Of a DNA stretch of 64,000 nucleotides, positions 26,948 to 37,197 are shown one piece after another. The stretch covers positions 365,382-429,381 of the forward strand of contig JBMNJG010000012.1 of NCBI GenBank assembly GCA_050951545.1, in the 5' to 3' direction. Every line of letters starts with the position of its first letter. Position 1 is the first letter of the stretch. A program made the translations under genes and the position numbers. The notes under the pieces are model-generated. The model had not been told where the DNA came from and ran no database searches. It was given only the letters and a program-made list of their open reading frames with translations. This DNA is from Limnochordia bacterium. Lineage in GTDB: Bacteria; Bacillota; Limnochordia; DTU080.

Positions 26948-28359
26948 TCCTCATCATCAGTATGTCTTATGCTCGGCGTGGAGCCAAGGGATGACTGTCC
27001 ACTATGCGCGTCTTTTTTCACAAACTCAGCAGCCAGTCGGGAGACACAGGGTAATAGGGCCTCTCGACTATTCAAAGTGGGATCATCCAGGATAAGATCG
27101 AAAAGACCCTTGAGAACGTAACCTACCACAGGCCCTGGCTTCGTGTCCAGGATTGCCATGACATCGTCACCGTTGATACACAGATCCCTCGGGTGTAGTG
27201 CTCCTTCTTCCGCCAGCACAGCCTCTAGTTCGCAGAGAACGTCGTTGAGCCAAGGGGCACGCTGACCGCCGCTGGCTAGATGATCAGCATGCCGCAAGGC
27301 CATCGTCTGCCTTACCCATTGCTCATCGTATGCTGACAGCCAGCGTCGAATGGTTTTCCGCGTCACAGGGCCATGCGCCATGTGATGCCGAATGAGCGAG
27401 ACGACTCGAGTAACCGAGTGAGCGTCAAACCGCAGGCGCTGCAGAGTAGACTCAGCGATTCGTGCACTTTCTGCTTCGTGTCCGTGAAAGAGCACTTGCC
27501 CTGTATCGCACACTTCCCGAGTATGAAGTTTGCCTGTGTCGTGCAGAAGACCTGCCAGTCGCAACAGGGGATCGTCGGGACATGCCGCTGCAGTTTGGAT
27601 CAGGTGGTCAAGCAGTGTCGGAGCGTTCCGCTTGCCTTGCGCCAAGCGTTCACTTCCTCGCAGTTCCGGAATCACCCGTAGGAGAATCCCGAGTTCGTAG
27701 AGCATCCACAGGCCTCGCCCTGGATCCGGACTGGCAAGGATACGCAGCAACTCGTCGCGCACACGCTCCTTGCTCAGACACTCTACCAGGTGTGCGGCAC
27801 CCTCGGCAGCTGCCCACGTGTCACTCTCCATGTCGAGGTCGAGTTGGCACGCGAACCGAACTGCACGCAGTAGGCGTAGCGCATCCTCGCTAAACCTGGT
27901 GTGGGCATCACCGACGGTGCGAATGAGCTTCTGCTGGAGGTCGGCCTCCCCGGCATAGGGGTCGATAAGCTGCGCGCTGATGGGGTCCCAGGCGATGGCA
28001 TTCATGGTAAAATCCCGGCGCGCCAGATCCTCTTGAACAGATTCCGTGAAGAGAACACGACACGGACGGCGCCTGTCGTGATAGGCGACATCCTTTCGAA
28101 ACGTCGTTACCTCAACTGGTTGCGGGGTGCAGACCACGACTGTTCCAAATGCGGCACCTACGGCAACGGTCTTAGCAAACAACTGCTGGATTTGTTCAGG
28201 TACGGCATCAGTGATAACGTCCCAGTCGCTCGGCGACTGCCGCAGAAGTGCATCTCGTACACAGCCACCTACCAGGAGGGTTTGGTAGCCGTTTTCGCGC
28301 AACACTGCCATGACATGTGTCACATGGGCAGGTATGGACATGCAAAAGCGTCTATCCAA
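26935..28359 (-). CDS. cca: tRNA nucleotidyltransferase (CCA-adding class II) with HD domain
   Basis: VGGCVRD, DWDV, EVTTFR, DLARRDFTMNA, EDALRLLR and LLHDTGK motifs. Confidence 0.9.
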   Translation of the reverse strand: MDRRFCMSIPAHVTHVMAVLRENGYQTLLVGGCVRDALLRQSPSDWDVITDAVPEQIQQLFAKTVAVGAAFGTVVVCTPQPVEVTTFRKDVAYHDRRRPCRVLFTESVQEDLARRDFTMNAIAWDPISAQLIDPYAGEADLQQKLIRTVGDAHTRFSEDALRLLRAVRFACQLDLDMESDTWAAAEGAAHLVECLSKERVRDELLRILASPDPGRGLWMLYELGILLRVIPELRGSERLAQGKRNAPTLLDHLIQTAAACPDDPLLRLAGLLHDTGKLHTREVCDTGQVLFHGHEAESARIAESTLQRLRFDAHSVTRVVSLIRHHMAHGPVTRKTIRRWLSAYDEQWVRQTMALRHADHLASGGQRAPWLNDVLCELEAVLAEEGALHPRDLCINGDDVMAILDTKPGPVVGYVLKGLFDLILDDPTLNSREALLPCVSRLAAEFVKKDAHSGQSSLGSTPSIRHTDDEEWFP

Positions 28360-28407
28360 ATAAGCTCCCTCCGGCAGATGGTTCGGCAGGACTCGTCGCG
28401 TGCTATG

Positions 28408-29214
28408 CTACATGAAACTCCGCAAGAACCTCGCACTCTCGCGAGCTACAGTCTGAGGCTCCCTCCCCTGTAGGTCGAAGACCTCTACCGACAGGTACCC
28501 GGTGAAGCCGACGTCTTTCAGGGCAGCCATAATGGGCCCGTAGGAAGTAGTGCCACTCCCTGGCGGGATCATGCCAGCGTCGTTTACATGCATGTGATGC
28601 AAGTATTGTGCGTGTTCGCGGATGATCTCAGGAATCGGCTGCTTCTCCGATAGCATAGCCCGTATGTCCAAATGGAGAGCCAACCCCGGTTCGTCGATCT
28701 CTTCGATCAGCTGTGCCGCCTCTGCAGCACTGACAATGAAGTTGGTCTCTTCTGAAGTGAGTGGCTCCAAGCACAGGCTCAGACCACGCTGATGGCATAC
28801 TCGTGCCCAATCGGCCAGGGCTTCTTTGGCTAGGGCCTCGGCTTGTGAGCGGTCCAACTGCTCAGGAAAGTGCCGCTGTTTGGGAGACCCAAAAACCAAC
28901 ACCTCACCGCCAATGTCTGCGCAGAAGTCGGCAAGAGCCTCTAAGTAGGGTTTCGTCACAGCGCTCGCACTCGGATCGAACAAGTGAAGGCCCTCCGGAC
29001 CCAATAACAACCAGTGTAAGCCAGCAATGGCGATTCCATGTGCGGCGGCCACGGCACGGATTTTCTCTCGCTCTTGCTTGCTAATGGACTCGACAGATTG
29101 GGCAAAAGTAAACGGGGCGATCTCAATGCCATCGTAGCCTGCTTGTGCAGCATCGCGGCAGACATCCTCCCAAGCCCAGTCTTTGTACACGTCATTGCAG
29201 ATAGCAATCTTCAT
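28408..29214 (-). CDS. Sugar phosphate isomerase/epimerase (xylose-isomerase-like TIM barrel; ketose 3-epimerase-like)
   Basis: GYDGIEI, FGSPKQR, CLEPL, HLD, HVND..PGSG and SVEVF motifs. Confidence 0.85.
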   Translation of the reverse strand: MKIAICNDVYKDWAWEDVCRDAAQAGYDGIEIAPFTFAQSVESISKQEREKIRAVAAAHGIAIAGLHWLLLGPEGLHLFDPSASAVTKPYLEALADFCADIGGEVLVFGSPKQRHFPEQLDRSQAEALAKEALADWARVCHQRGLSLCLEPLTSEETNFIVSAAEAAQLIEEIDEPGLALHLDIRAMLSEKQPIPEIIREHAQYLHHMHVNDAGMIPPGSGTTSYGPIMAALKDVGFTGYLSVEVFDLQGREPQTVARESARFLRSFM

Positions 29215-29440
29215 GTGCTTCCCCCTCTACCCCTTCGAGAATAGTGTTACGCTATGTGCGCAGTTGGCTACCGATACGCGTAGTCTCGCAGGAGAGACAG
29301 CCTGCGGGTGCGAAGATGATCTTCTCAGAACCGTTTGGGCACGCAACTCCTCACTAGATGGATTCCATGTGGATGCCGCTGGTCCTGCTTCGCCTCAAGA
29401 AGGCCGTGGCTACGAGACCCGCGTGTAAGGAGAATGCGCT

Positions 29441-30679
29441 TTGATTGCCGAGACCATCTTTGTAGGTACGGAATTATTGCTTGGCCAGATCGTCAATACC
29501 AATGCTGTCTACTTGGGTGAGCACCTGAGCATCCTAGGTATCGATAGCTACTATCAGTCGGTTGTCGGTGACAACCCTCGTCGTTTGGCCGCCTGCCTAA
29601 AGCAGGCCGTCGAGCGCTCGGATGTCGTCATCGCTTCTGGGGGGTTGGGACCTACTATGGATGACCTGACCCGAGAGACTGCCGCCGAGCTTACGGCTCG
29701 CCCCCTGCAATTTGAGCCTGAGATCTGGCAGCGTATCACTGGCCGCAGGCGCGGACCCATACCCGAGAACATGAAACGTCAAGCGATGGTGCCCGTTGGT
29801 GCCACTGTGCTTCCTAACGATGTGGGATCCGCCCCTGGCCTAGCCATACCCACTTCTGACGGCAAGAGGTTGATCATCCTGCTTCCGGGTCCGCCTCATG
29901 AGCTGCAGCCCATGTTCGAACGGTACGCTATTCCCCTTCTGCTGGCGCGCATGGGCGAACGGACTACCTTGGTCTCTCGTACACTGCGCTTCTGCGAGAT
30001 CGGCGAGTCGCCTCTCGAAGAGCAGCTTAAGGACTTGGTGGCCAACCAGAAAGACCCCACCTTGGCCACTTACGCCAAGCCGGGAGATGTGCAATTGCGG
30101 ATCTCTACCAAAGCTTCTTCTCGTGACGAGGGGATAGAACGCATCCTTGCGGTGGAGAATGAGATCCGGGCTCGCGTAGGCGAATACATCTACGGTGTGG
30201 ATGAGACTACGCTAGAGGAGGCCGTCGGTGATCTTCTGCAGCGGCTGGGCTGGCGCGTAGCCATCGTGGACGTTCAGGGAGGGGGCACGCTGGCCACTCG
30301 ACTCACTGAACCCGCTGGTAGCGATACCTGGTTTGCGTGGGGCCTGGTGGCCACCTCTCCTACCCAAGCTGCGATGCTTCTGCGCCAGATGGGTGCTGAT
30401 ATCGCGCCGCCTCTACAAGAGCAGCAGTGGACTGTGGAAGCGTGGAGTCGGGTTCTATCTGCCGCCGCGCAGGCTCTTGGTCCTGATGTCGTGGTCACTT
30501 TGGTTGCTGCTGGAGATGGCAGCGCCTATGCTATGGCGACCGCCAGTTCTGGACACCAGCAACTCGTTTCCGTGGCAGGACGAGGCAGCCGTCAGACCTG
30601 GCGTTGGCGGGTGAGCCAGTCTGTACTCGCACTTCTGCGGCGCCTGTTGATGGAACATATGCACGAGAGCGGCAACTAG
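29441..30679 (+). CDS. cinA: Competence/damage-inducible protein CinA (C-terminal deamidase domain degenerate)
   Basis: VGTELLLGQIVNTN, GGLGPTMDDLT and LPGPPHE. The usual AESCTGG is replaced by IVDVQGGG. Confidence 0.85.
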   Translation: MIAETIFVGTELLLGQIVNTNAVYLGEHLSILGIDSYYQSVVGDNPRRLAACLKQAVERSDVVIASGGLGPTMDDLTRETAAELTARPLQFEPEIWQRITGRRRGPIPENMKRQAMVPVGATVLPNDVGSAPGLAIPTSDGKRLIILLPGPPHELQPMFERYAIPLLLARMGERTTLVSRTLRFCEIGESPLEEQLKDLVANQKDPTLATYAKPGDVQLRISTKASSRDEGIERILAVENEIRARVGEYIYGVDETTLEEAVGDLLQRLGWRVAIVDVQGGGTLATRLTEPAGSDTWFAWGLVATSPTQAAMLLRQMGADIAPPLQEQQWTVEAWSRVLSAAAQALGPDVVVTLVAAGDGSAYAMATASSGHQQLVSVAGRGSRQTWRWRVSQSVLALLRRLLMEHMHESGN

Positions 30680-31551
30680 TCCGCTCCTAGCCGCAGGGTG
30701 CCTACCAAGGCTGCAATGTGCTGAGGCGTTGTGCCACAACACCCGCCGATCAGCGATGCACCGGCTTCCACCAGACGTAGCCCCCACGCGGCGAAGCCTG
30801 CAGGTTCCAGGGGCCATCGTGTGACGCCGTCTTCAATGGTCGGCAGACCCGCATTAGGGACCGCGCTGATGGGTAGGGCTGTGCAGTTCCGAAGGGTCTT
30901 TACTACTGTGAGCATCTGCTCTGGCCCAACCGAGCAGTTGGCTCCAATGACGCAGGCGCCAGCCTCGGCCAGCTGACGCGCCGCCTGTGAAGGCTCGACC
31001 CCCATGAAGGTTCTCCCCGATGCCTCATAGCTCATCTGAGCGATGACAGGAAGACCGCATGCCACAGCCGCTTCAACTGCCAAGCTTGCCTCGGCTAGAT
31101 CCGCCATCGTTTCCACTACACACGCATCGACCCCTGCGAGGGCAAAGGCCTCTGCCTGTACTGTAAAGGCGGATCGGGCTGTCTGTGTGCTGAGATCGCC
31201 ATACGGTTCTAGGAGCTCTCCCAGGGGACCGATCGCTCCCAACACCATCGCCCGCTCACCGACAACCTGTCGGGCGATCTCAACCCCCCGCCTGTTGATC
31301 TCAGAGGCCCGATCCGCAAGGCCGTAGCGGGCCAGACGTATGGGACTGGCGCCAAAAGTGTTTGTCTCCACCAGCTGAGCACCTGCAGCTACATATGCTT
31401 CATGAATGCGGGCAACAGCAGTAGGCGCATCCACATTGGCTAGTTCCGGACACTTTGCCTCGCCCAAGCCTTGCTGTAGAAGCATGGTACCCATGGCACC
31501 GTCGATTATCAGCACTTCCTGGCCCAAAGACGTAAGAAAACGTTTGCTCAT
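30676..31551 (-). CDS. Homocysteine S-methyltransferase domain protein (stand-alone MetH N-terminal domain)
   Basis: DGAMGT, ETNTFG, GANCS, PNAGLP and GGCCGT motifs. Confidence 0.9.
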   Translation of the reverse strand: MSKRFLTSLGQEVLIIDGAMGTMLLQQGLGEAKCPELANVDAPTAVARIHEAYVAAGAQLVETNTFGASPIRLARYGLADRASEINRRGVEIARQVVGERAMVLGAIGPLGELLEPYGDLSTQTARSAFTVQAEAFALAGVDACVVETMADLAEASLAVEAAVACGLPVIAQMSYEASGRTFMGVEPSQAARQLAEAGACVIGANCSVGPEQMLTVVKTLRNCTALPISAVPNAGLPTIEDGVTRWPLEPAGFAAWGLRLVEAGASLIGGCCGTTPQHIAALVGTLRLGAD

Positions 31552-31645
31552 CCTACCCCTCGCTATATAGATGATTTCCTGTATCATGGAGCTAGCGATG
31601 GTGGTCGCTACTCAGTGTGGGAAAAACGGTGAGAGGAGTGACCGC

Positions 31646-32290
31646 ATGCGAACACTGATCTTTCTTGCTGGAGACTTCTGGATTGACGCCTGGGATGCCA
31701 CTCCTGAGTTCACTGGCCCTTGGGACTGCATTATCTGCGCAGATGGCGGTGGCTACCATTCCCTCCGCCTTGGCATCGTACCGGATGTACTCATTGGAGA
31801 CTTCGATTCATTATCCAAGAGCGATATTGAGGGTATTGGCGCTACCACAGTTATCTCCTTCCCAGTGCTGAAAGATAAGACTGATGCCCATCTGGCAGTT
31901 GACGAGGCTCTCCGACGTGGCAGCACGCAGGTCGTGTTGGCTGGGGCCATCGGGGGTCGCCTGGACCACACGCTAGCCAATATCGGGCTGTTGCGGTTAC
32001 TGCACCGCCACGGAGTAAAAGCGGTGGCCAGCGATGGCCATCAGACGGTCTACTATGTAACCGACGAACTCGTTCTCACAGGTAGGGCCCAACAGACACT
32101 CTCAGTTCTGCCACTGACCCCTGAGATAGACGGCCTCTCGCTCACTGGTCTGCGTTGGGGTTTGAACAGTACCTACCTTGAGCTGGGAGACACACGCACG
32201 ATGAGCAACGAGTTCCTAGGCGGCCCAGCAAGAGTAGCGCTGAAGTCTGGCGAGCTGCTGGTTATCGTCAGCCAACCTCCTCCACACTGA
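31646..32290 (+). CDS. thiN: Thiamine pyrophosphokinase
   Basis: ADGG, GDFDS, KDKTD, GGRLDH and SNE motifs. Confidence 0.92.
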   Translation: MRTLIFLAGDFWIDAWDATPEFTGPWDCIICADGGGYHSLRLGIVPDVLIGDFDSLSKSDIEGIGATTVISFPVLKDKTDAHLAVDEALRRGSTQVVLAGAIGGRLDHTLANIGLLRLLHRHGVKAVASDGHQTVYYVTDELVLTGRAQQTLSVLPLTPEIDGLSLTGLRWGLNSTYLELGDTRTMSNEFLGGPARVALKSGELLVIVSQPPPH

Positions 32291-32705
32291 TACCATGGCG
32301 ACGAAGCAGGGCTGCCGTGACGCCTGGACCAGGGCGGACGGTGCTGCTGAAGGTACCGTCGTAGATGATGCTCACCCCACACGAGGGGCTGCGTCCTTTC
32401 AGAACGGCGCGCCGGATGCCATGCTCTTGGCATAGCCCCAAAGCCGCATGTGCTCCCTTGACGTACTGCTGAGTGACGTTCACTCCGTGTTTTGTCAACA
32501 CTTGTGCTGAAGAGTCAATGACATCATCGCCGTGCCCACCCACAATCTCTGCTGGCTCGCGAGGTGTCGGTAGTCCGCCTGCTTGTTCAGGGCAAAAAGG
32601 AACCGCCTCTGCTGAGCCTACATCCACCGTGTCGACTTGACAGCTCTGGCCGTCATAGCGACAAGCGTGCCCCATAAGACACGCCGAAACAAGCACTTTT
32701 TCCAT
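32268..32705 (-). CDS. tudS: DUF523 2-thiouracil desulfidase family [4Fe-4S] protein
   Basis: VSACLMG..CRYDG, CPEQ..GLPTPR and SPSCG motifs. Confidence 0.85.
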   Translation of the reverse strand: MEKVLVSACLMGHACRYDGQSCQVDTVDVGSAEAVPFCPEQAGGLPTPREPAEIVGGHGDDVIDSSAQVLTKHGVNVTQQYVKGAHAALGLCQEHGIRRAVLKGRSPSCGVSIIYDGTFSSTVRPGPGVTAALLRRHGISVEEVG

Positions 32706-32809
32706 GATCTCACCTTCCTCTTGACCTAGTATGAAGACAGCCGCGACAGGAGATGCCAGGTATCAAGCCAAACAACATGTTAGCTAGAAAAGAGGGGGCT
32801 TCAGTACGA

Positions 32810-34294
32810 GTGTCGCACGAAAGGAACTGGGTTCTTTCATTGGATGTCGGTACGTCCTCCGTCACAGCTGGCGGTTACGACTGCACTGGTCGGCTGCTGC
32901 CCGGATTGGCGGCCTCTGCTCGCCATGCCCCCACTACCACTTCGGACGGTGGATGCGAGTTTCGGGCCGGGGAACTCCTCACAAGGTGTCTGCGCGTCCT
33001 GCGCACGGCACTGGATACCCAGGCGTTCATTCAGCCACCACTAGCTGTTGCTTTCTCTAGTTTCTGGCACAGTCTCGTCGGTCTTGACGCTGGAGGCGAA
33101 GCGATAACCCCTGTCTTTCTCTGGGCTGATACCCGCAGTGCCAAGCAGGTAGAGCGCCTACGCAAGCATCTGGATGAGAAAGCGTGTCATGCTCGCACAG
33201 GCTGCGTCTTTCACACCAGCTATCTACCTGCTCGCTTGCTCTGGTTTCGGGAGCAAGAGCCGCAGCAGTGGGCCAAGGTACGCCACTGGGTCTCTTTCGG
33301 CGACTACGCCTACTGGCAGCTTTTTCAGGAGCTTCTGACCAGCTTCTCCATGGCCTCAGGTAGTGGTCTGTTTGATCAGAACAGACTGGCTTGGGATGCG
33401 CAGCTGTGTGCAGCAGCAGGCGTCAACACCAGGTGCTTGCCGGAACTGGTGGATCTGAATCGGTTTTGTCACGGTCTGCGTGGAGAGTACCGCATATACC
33501 TCCCAGAACTGGCTGATATTCCCTGGTTTCCTGCAGTAGGCGATGGTGCGTGCAGCAACGTCGGTTCTGGATGTGCTCTCGCCCAGCGCATGGCCCTTAT
33601 GGTCGGAACCAGTGGCGCGATGCGTTGTATTCTGCAACAGCCCCACCTTCTCCCGCCGCCGGGCCTGTGGTGCTACCGCCTTGACACCAAGCGCTTTGTT
33701 GTCGGCGGCGCTTTGAGTAATGGTGGCAATCTTTTCTCTTGGCTACATGACTCGCTGCGCTTGCCCGCGCTTGAAGAGACAGAGTCCGAGCTAGCTGCCA
33801 TGGCTCCAGATAGTCATGGCTTGACTCTGCTGCCCTATTGGGCTGGCGAACGCTCACCTGGGTGGGCGGCCCATGCCACCGGAGCCATTGTGGGACTGCG
33901 CTTGCATACGAGGCCCGTGGATGTGATGCGGGCGGCGCTGGAAGCTGTCGCCTTCCGCTTCGCGGCCATCCATGAACGCCTGCGAGATGCTGCACCGCAG
34001 GCAGAGCTCCTGGTAGCCACGGGTGGTGCCCTCTTGCGCTCGCCAGCATGGATGCAGATCATGGCGGACGCTCTCGGCACCGCTGTGCAAGCATCAGCAG
34101 AGCCGGAGGCTAGCCGCCGCGGTGCCGCCCTGCTGGCACTGGAAAGCCTGGGGGTGCTGGGGAGCGCAGCCGATGCTCCTACGCCTTCTGGCCAGCGTTT
34201 CGAGCCTCGAGAGGCCTTCACCAGACGCTACCGCGCAGCTCGCCTCCGGCAGGAACAGGTCTATCGGCAGCTAGTGAGTATCCGCATCCAATGA
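32810..34294 (+). CDS. gntK: Gluconokinase (FGGY carbohydrate kinase)
   Basis: LDVGTSS, WADTRS, GDGACSN, VGTSGAMR, GGALSNGG and GERSPGW motifs. Confidence 0.82.
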   Translation: MSHERNWVLSLDVGTSSVTAGGYDCTGRLLPGLAASARHAPTTTSDGGCEFRAGELLTRCLRVLRTALDTQAFIQPPLAVAFSSFWHSLVGLDAGGEAITPVFLWADTRSAKQVERLRKHLDEKACHARTGCVFHTSYLPARLLWFREQEPQQWAKVRHWVSFGDYAYWQLFQELLTSFSMASGSGLFDQNRLAWDAQLCAAAGVNTRCLPELVDLNRFCHGLRGEYRIYLPELADIPWFPAVGDGACSNVGSGCALAQRMALMVGTSGAMRCILQQPHLLPPPGLWCYRLDTKRFVVGGALSNGGNLFSWLHDSLRLPALEETESELAAMAPDSHGLTLLPYWAGERSPGWAAHATGAIVGLRLHTRPVDVMRAALEAVAFRFAAIHERLRDAAPQAELLVATGGALLRSPAWMQIMADALGTAVQASAEPEASRRGAALLALESLGVLGSAADAPTPSGQRFEPREAFTRRYRAARLRQEQVYRQLVSIRIQ

Positions 34295-35527
34295 GGTCGT
34301 CGTACCAGGCGCCTCTTCCCTTTCGGCCCGCATCTTTTGGGCTACTACGCGCCATAGGTCGGGGTCTTCCATCCCCGCACGCCACAGGGTAAACCCTCTC
34401 AGCTGGTAACGCTGCATCGTGTCCAGCTTCCAAGAGCTGCTAGCCGCGTCTTCAAACCATACCTTGTGCATGGTTCCGTTGCTGCCGCCATATTGGTACA
34501 TGGGCACCTGGCCCCTGGCGTCCCACCCCAAGACGGCTTCGCCTCGCCATATGGGACCCATCGCGGCGGCGTAGTCCAGGTAAACTGGCTTCTTGTTCCC
34601 TTCAGTCCACCGAAATCCGTACGCGGGTATTCCCAGAAGAATCTTGTGTGGTGGTACTTCCCGGACCGCGTACTCCACCACGCGCTCCGCCCACCCTGCA
34701 GAGGCGATAGGGCCACCTGTATCGCTTGCCCAACCGTGTTCATCGTAGGTCATTAGCATCAGACGATCTACGATCGCCCCCAAGGCAGCGTAGTCGTAGC
34801 CTCCAGACCAACCGTTTGAGGGGTCGTCACTGGTCTTGGCAGGTATCGAGAGGCTGACCCGGATATTCTCGCGCTGAAGAGCCGTGGCGATGATCTCGAC
34901 AAACGCCGTAAACTGATGCCGCAACCGGGGTGGCACGAATTCGACGTCTATGTTGATCCCATCGAATTGCATATGCGTTGCCAGGGCAACGAGTTCCTCG
35001 GCCAGCCGCGCGCTCAGCCGTTGGTCCGCAAGCAGTCGAGTGGCGACCTCCTGGCTTGTCGCACTCGATCCATATAACAGATTGTGAAACAGAGCCTCTA
35101 CCTTCACTCCGTGACTATGTGCCAGATCTGTGACGCCCTGAATCTCATGTTCGGGACTGTTCGACATGGGTACTACTCTCGCAGGATCGTGACGATCGAT
35201 TTGATACCAGAAACCCGTGATGTAGCTGATCTTATCGTGATGCTGCCGCAGAACTTGTTCGGACCCGGGGATAGCTCCTTCTGGGCCGCAGTAGTAGATC
35301 ACCACTTCGCGCTGAGGCAAGACAGGACCCGGCTTTGGATCGCCTGGACTCTCGTCCTTTGGTGGGCCGGGCACTTGCTCGCTTTCGTCTGTCGGAGGCT
35401 TAGGCACGTGCTCGCCCCGACCTAGGGAGAGCCCTGGAAGCCAGGTGCAACCAGACAGTGCCCCTGCTGCACAGAGTATGAGAATCACAAGACAAGGTGA
35501 CCATCGTGGTACTCGGTTCTTGAGCAA
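34271..35527 (-). CDS. GH18 glycoside hydrolase lipoprotein (spore cortex YdhD/YaaH-like, no LysM)
   Basis: FDGINIDVE (DxDxE), LMTYDEH and KILLGIPAYG; lipobox LSGC; Pro-rich linker. Confidence 0.82.
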   Translation of the reverse strand: MLKNRVPRWSPCLVILILCAAGALSGCTWLPGLSLGRGEHVPKPPTDESEQVPGPPKDESPGDPKPGPVLPQREVVIYYCGPEGAIPGSEQVLRQHHDKISYITGFWYQIDRHDPARVVPMSNSPEHEIQGVTDLAHSHGVKVEALFHNLLYGSSATSQEVATRLLADQRLSARLAEELVALATHMQFDGINIDVEFVPPRLRHQFTAFVEIIATALQRENIRVSLSIPAKTSDDPSNGWSGGYDYAALGAIVDRLMLMTYDEHGWASDTGGPIASAGWAERVVEYAVREVPPHKILLGIPAYGFRWTEGNKKPVYLDYAAAMGPIWRGEAVLGWDARGQVPMYQYGGSNGTMHKVWFEDAASSSWKLDTMQRYQLRGFTLWRAGMEDPDLWRVVAQKMRAEREEAPGTTTSLDADTH

Positions 35528-35672
35528 CGGCGTCTCCTCCACTGGACATGTTTGCCTGAATGTCTACATACAGGCATTACGTCCTGGAAGAGAGCGCATC
35601 CTTCAGGAAAGAAATGCTACCTAAGCAGCCGCAATATCCCTATTCCTCCCTAAGTCCATATTGGTAACAAAA

Positions 35673-36887
35673 TCACTGCCAGGTATCCGCGGTAAGACAG
35701 GTTGCCACGTGCTGATCAAGAACGTAGTTCGCCGCGCCCAGCGCGCCACCGATTTCGGGTAATTGTGCTATGGCTACTTCCGTAGCGGCTGCCAAGGAGC
35801 CAAGTGCCCTTTGGCGCATCGTCCGGGTGGCGGCGGCCACGTAGTGTCTGCTGTTACGCGGAACCGATCCTCCGAGAACAATCACTTCAGGGTTGAGGAT
35901 ATTGACCAGATTGGAGAGTGCCACGCCCAGATAGCTACCAGCTTCTTCCACGACAGCGATCGCCAGAGGGTCGCCTTCCTCTGCTTCGCGGCACACGTCA
36001 ACGGCTCGTAGCAGCTGCACATCGAACCCGGGTCCGGGCACCAGGCTGCTGCGTTCTCCAACTCGGATGCGCCATCTCGCCTCTTGCAGTAAAGCGGGGC
36101 CAGCCGCCATGACCTGCAGACAGCCGCGATTGCCACAGGAACACAGCGGCCCATCCATGTCTAACGTGGTGTGTCCCACTTCACCCGCTCCACCCAATGC
36201 GCCGGGTACGAGCTGCCCTTGGACAAACACGCCAGCTGCAATTCCCGTGCCGACTCCGACATAGACCACTTCCTTGTGGTACTTGGCCGCACCAAAACGG
36301 CACTCAGCCAACCCTCGCGCTCTGTGGCGGTTAAGGATGACTACGGGCCAGCCAGTTACGCGACCAACCGCCTCACTCATGGCGATGTCCGACCAGCCGA
36401 CGTCGGCGGCCACTCGAATGACACCATTCTTGCTATCGACCAAACCTGGCACACCCAATCCGAGCAAAGGCACGATAGATACGTCGATTTCCTGCATAAA
36501 CTGTGGTAACACCTGTGTGAGAGCTTCAACAGCCGCTTCGGCAGATTGGTCGTGTGCACTTATCTGTGACATCTTCAGCGTATGTCCGAGGAGATCAAAT
36601 GCAGCAATGGTCCAGTTTTGGTCATCCAGATCGGCGCCGATAATCGCCCGCGTTCCCGCGGCTAACTCCACGTTGACAGCTGGTCGCCCTCCAGTGACTT
36701 GCCGGTCATCTGTCTCGACAACCAGCCCGCTTTGGATCATTTGCGCCACTGCCACGGAGATAGTGGCCCTGCTCAGGCCAGTCACCTGTGCGAGGCGGCT
36801 TCGTGGCATAGCCCCATGTATGCGCAAGGCCTGCAAGAGAGTAGCCTTGCTTCCGGTGCGAGAGACTGAGTTCATCGTCTGTGACAT
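35673..36887 (-). CDS. ROK family transcriptional regulator
   Basis: N-terminal HTH (RSRLAQVTGLSRATIS), GGRP, and GEVGH..CSCGNRGCL. Confidence 0.92.
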   Translation of the reverse strand: MSQTMNSVSRTGSKATLLQALRIHGAMPRSRLAQVTGLSRATISVAVAQMIQSGLVVETDDRQVTGGRPAVNVELAAGTRAIIGADLDDQNWTIAAFDLLGHTLKMSQISAHDQSAEAAVEALTQVLPQFMQEIDVSIVPLLGLGVPGLVDSKNGVIRVAADVGWSDIAMSEAVGRVTGWPVVILNRHRARGLAECRFGAAKYHKEVVYVGVGTGIAAGVFVQGQLVPGALGGAGEVGHTTLDMDGPLCSCGNRGCLQVMAAGPALLQEARWRIRVGERSSLVPGPGFDVQLLRAVDVCREAEEGDPLAIAVVEEAGSYLGVALSNLVNILNPEVIVLGGSVPRNSRHYVAAATRTMRQRALGSLAAATEVAIAQLPEIGGALGAANYVLDQHVATCLTADTWQ

Positions 36888-37036
36888 CGGTGTCGTGAAC
36901 AACTCCTGACGTGAGAATATCAAAAATCTAAGCGAGAGCCCTGACCGCGGGGCGCGTTCACATACTAACAAACCACCATCAGGAGGGCAAGCGGAATACC
37001 GCCTGAAGAGACGGTGAGCACGCTCTTCAGGGTCAC

Positions 37037-37078
37037 CTTAATTCGTATATTGACATAAGCAAGCGGCTCCTGTATGGT
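37037..37078 (+). promoter_or_regulatory. Sigma-A promoter with overlapping putative ROK operator
   Basis: TTGACA-17-TATGGT. The imperfect palindrome cttaattcgtatattgacataag (37037-37059) covers the -35. Confidence 0.6.
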
Positions 37079-37197
37079 GGAAGTAACGCTTGAAAGAGGT
37101 ACGCGTGTCGGCGGCCAACCAGGTGAAGATGGCGAACACTGGAGCAGCCGCTGGCATGCCCGCACAGCACAGACACGATTTTGAGGGGAGGGCACGC

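Noticed and set aside
30676-31551. Stand-alone homocysteine methyltransferase domain as a truncated metH
   Set aside because: Split MetH domains are common; the ORF has an intact start, stop and Zn-binding Cys motifs.
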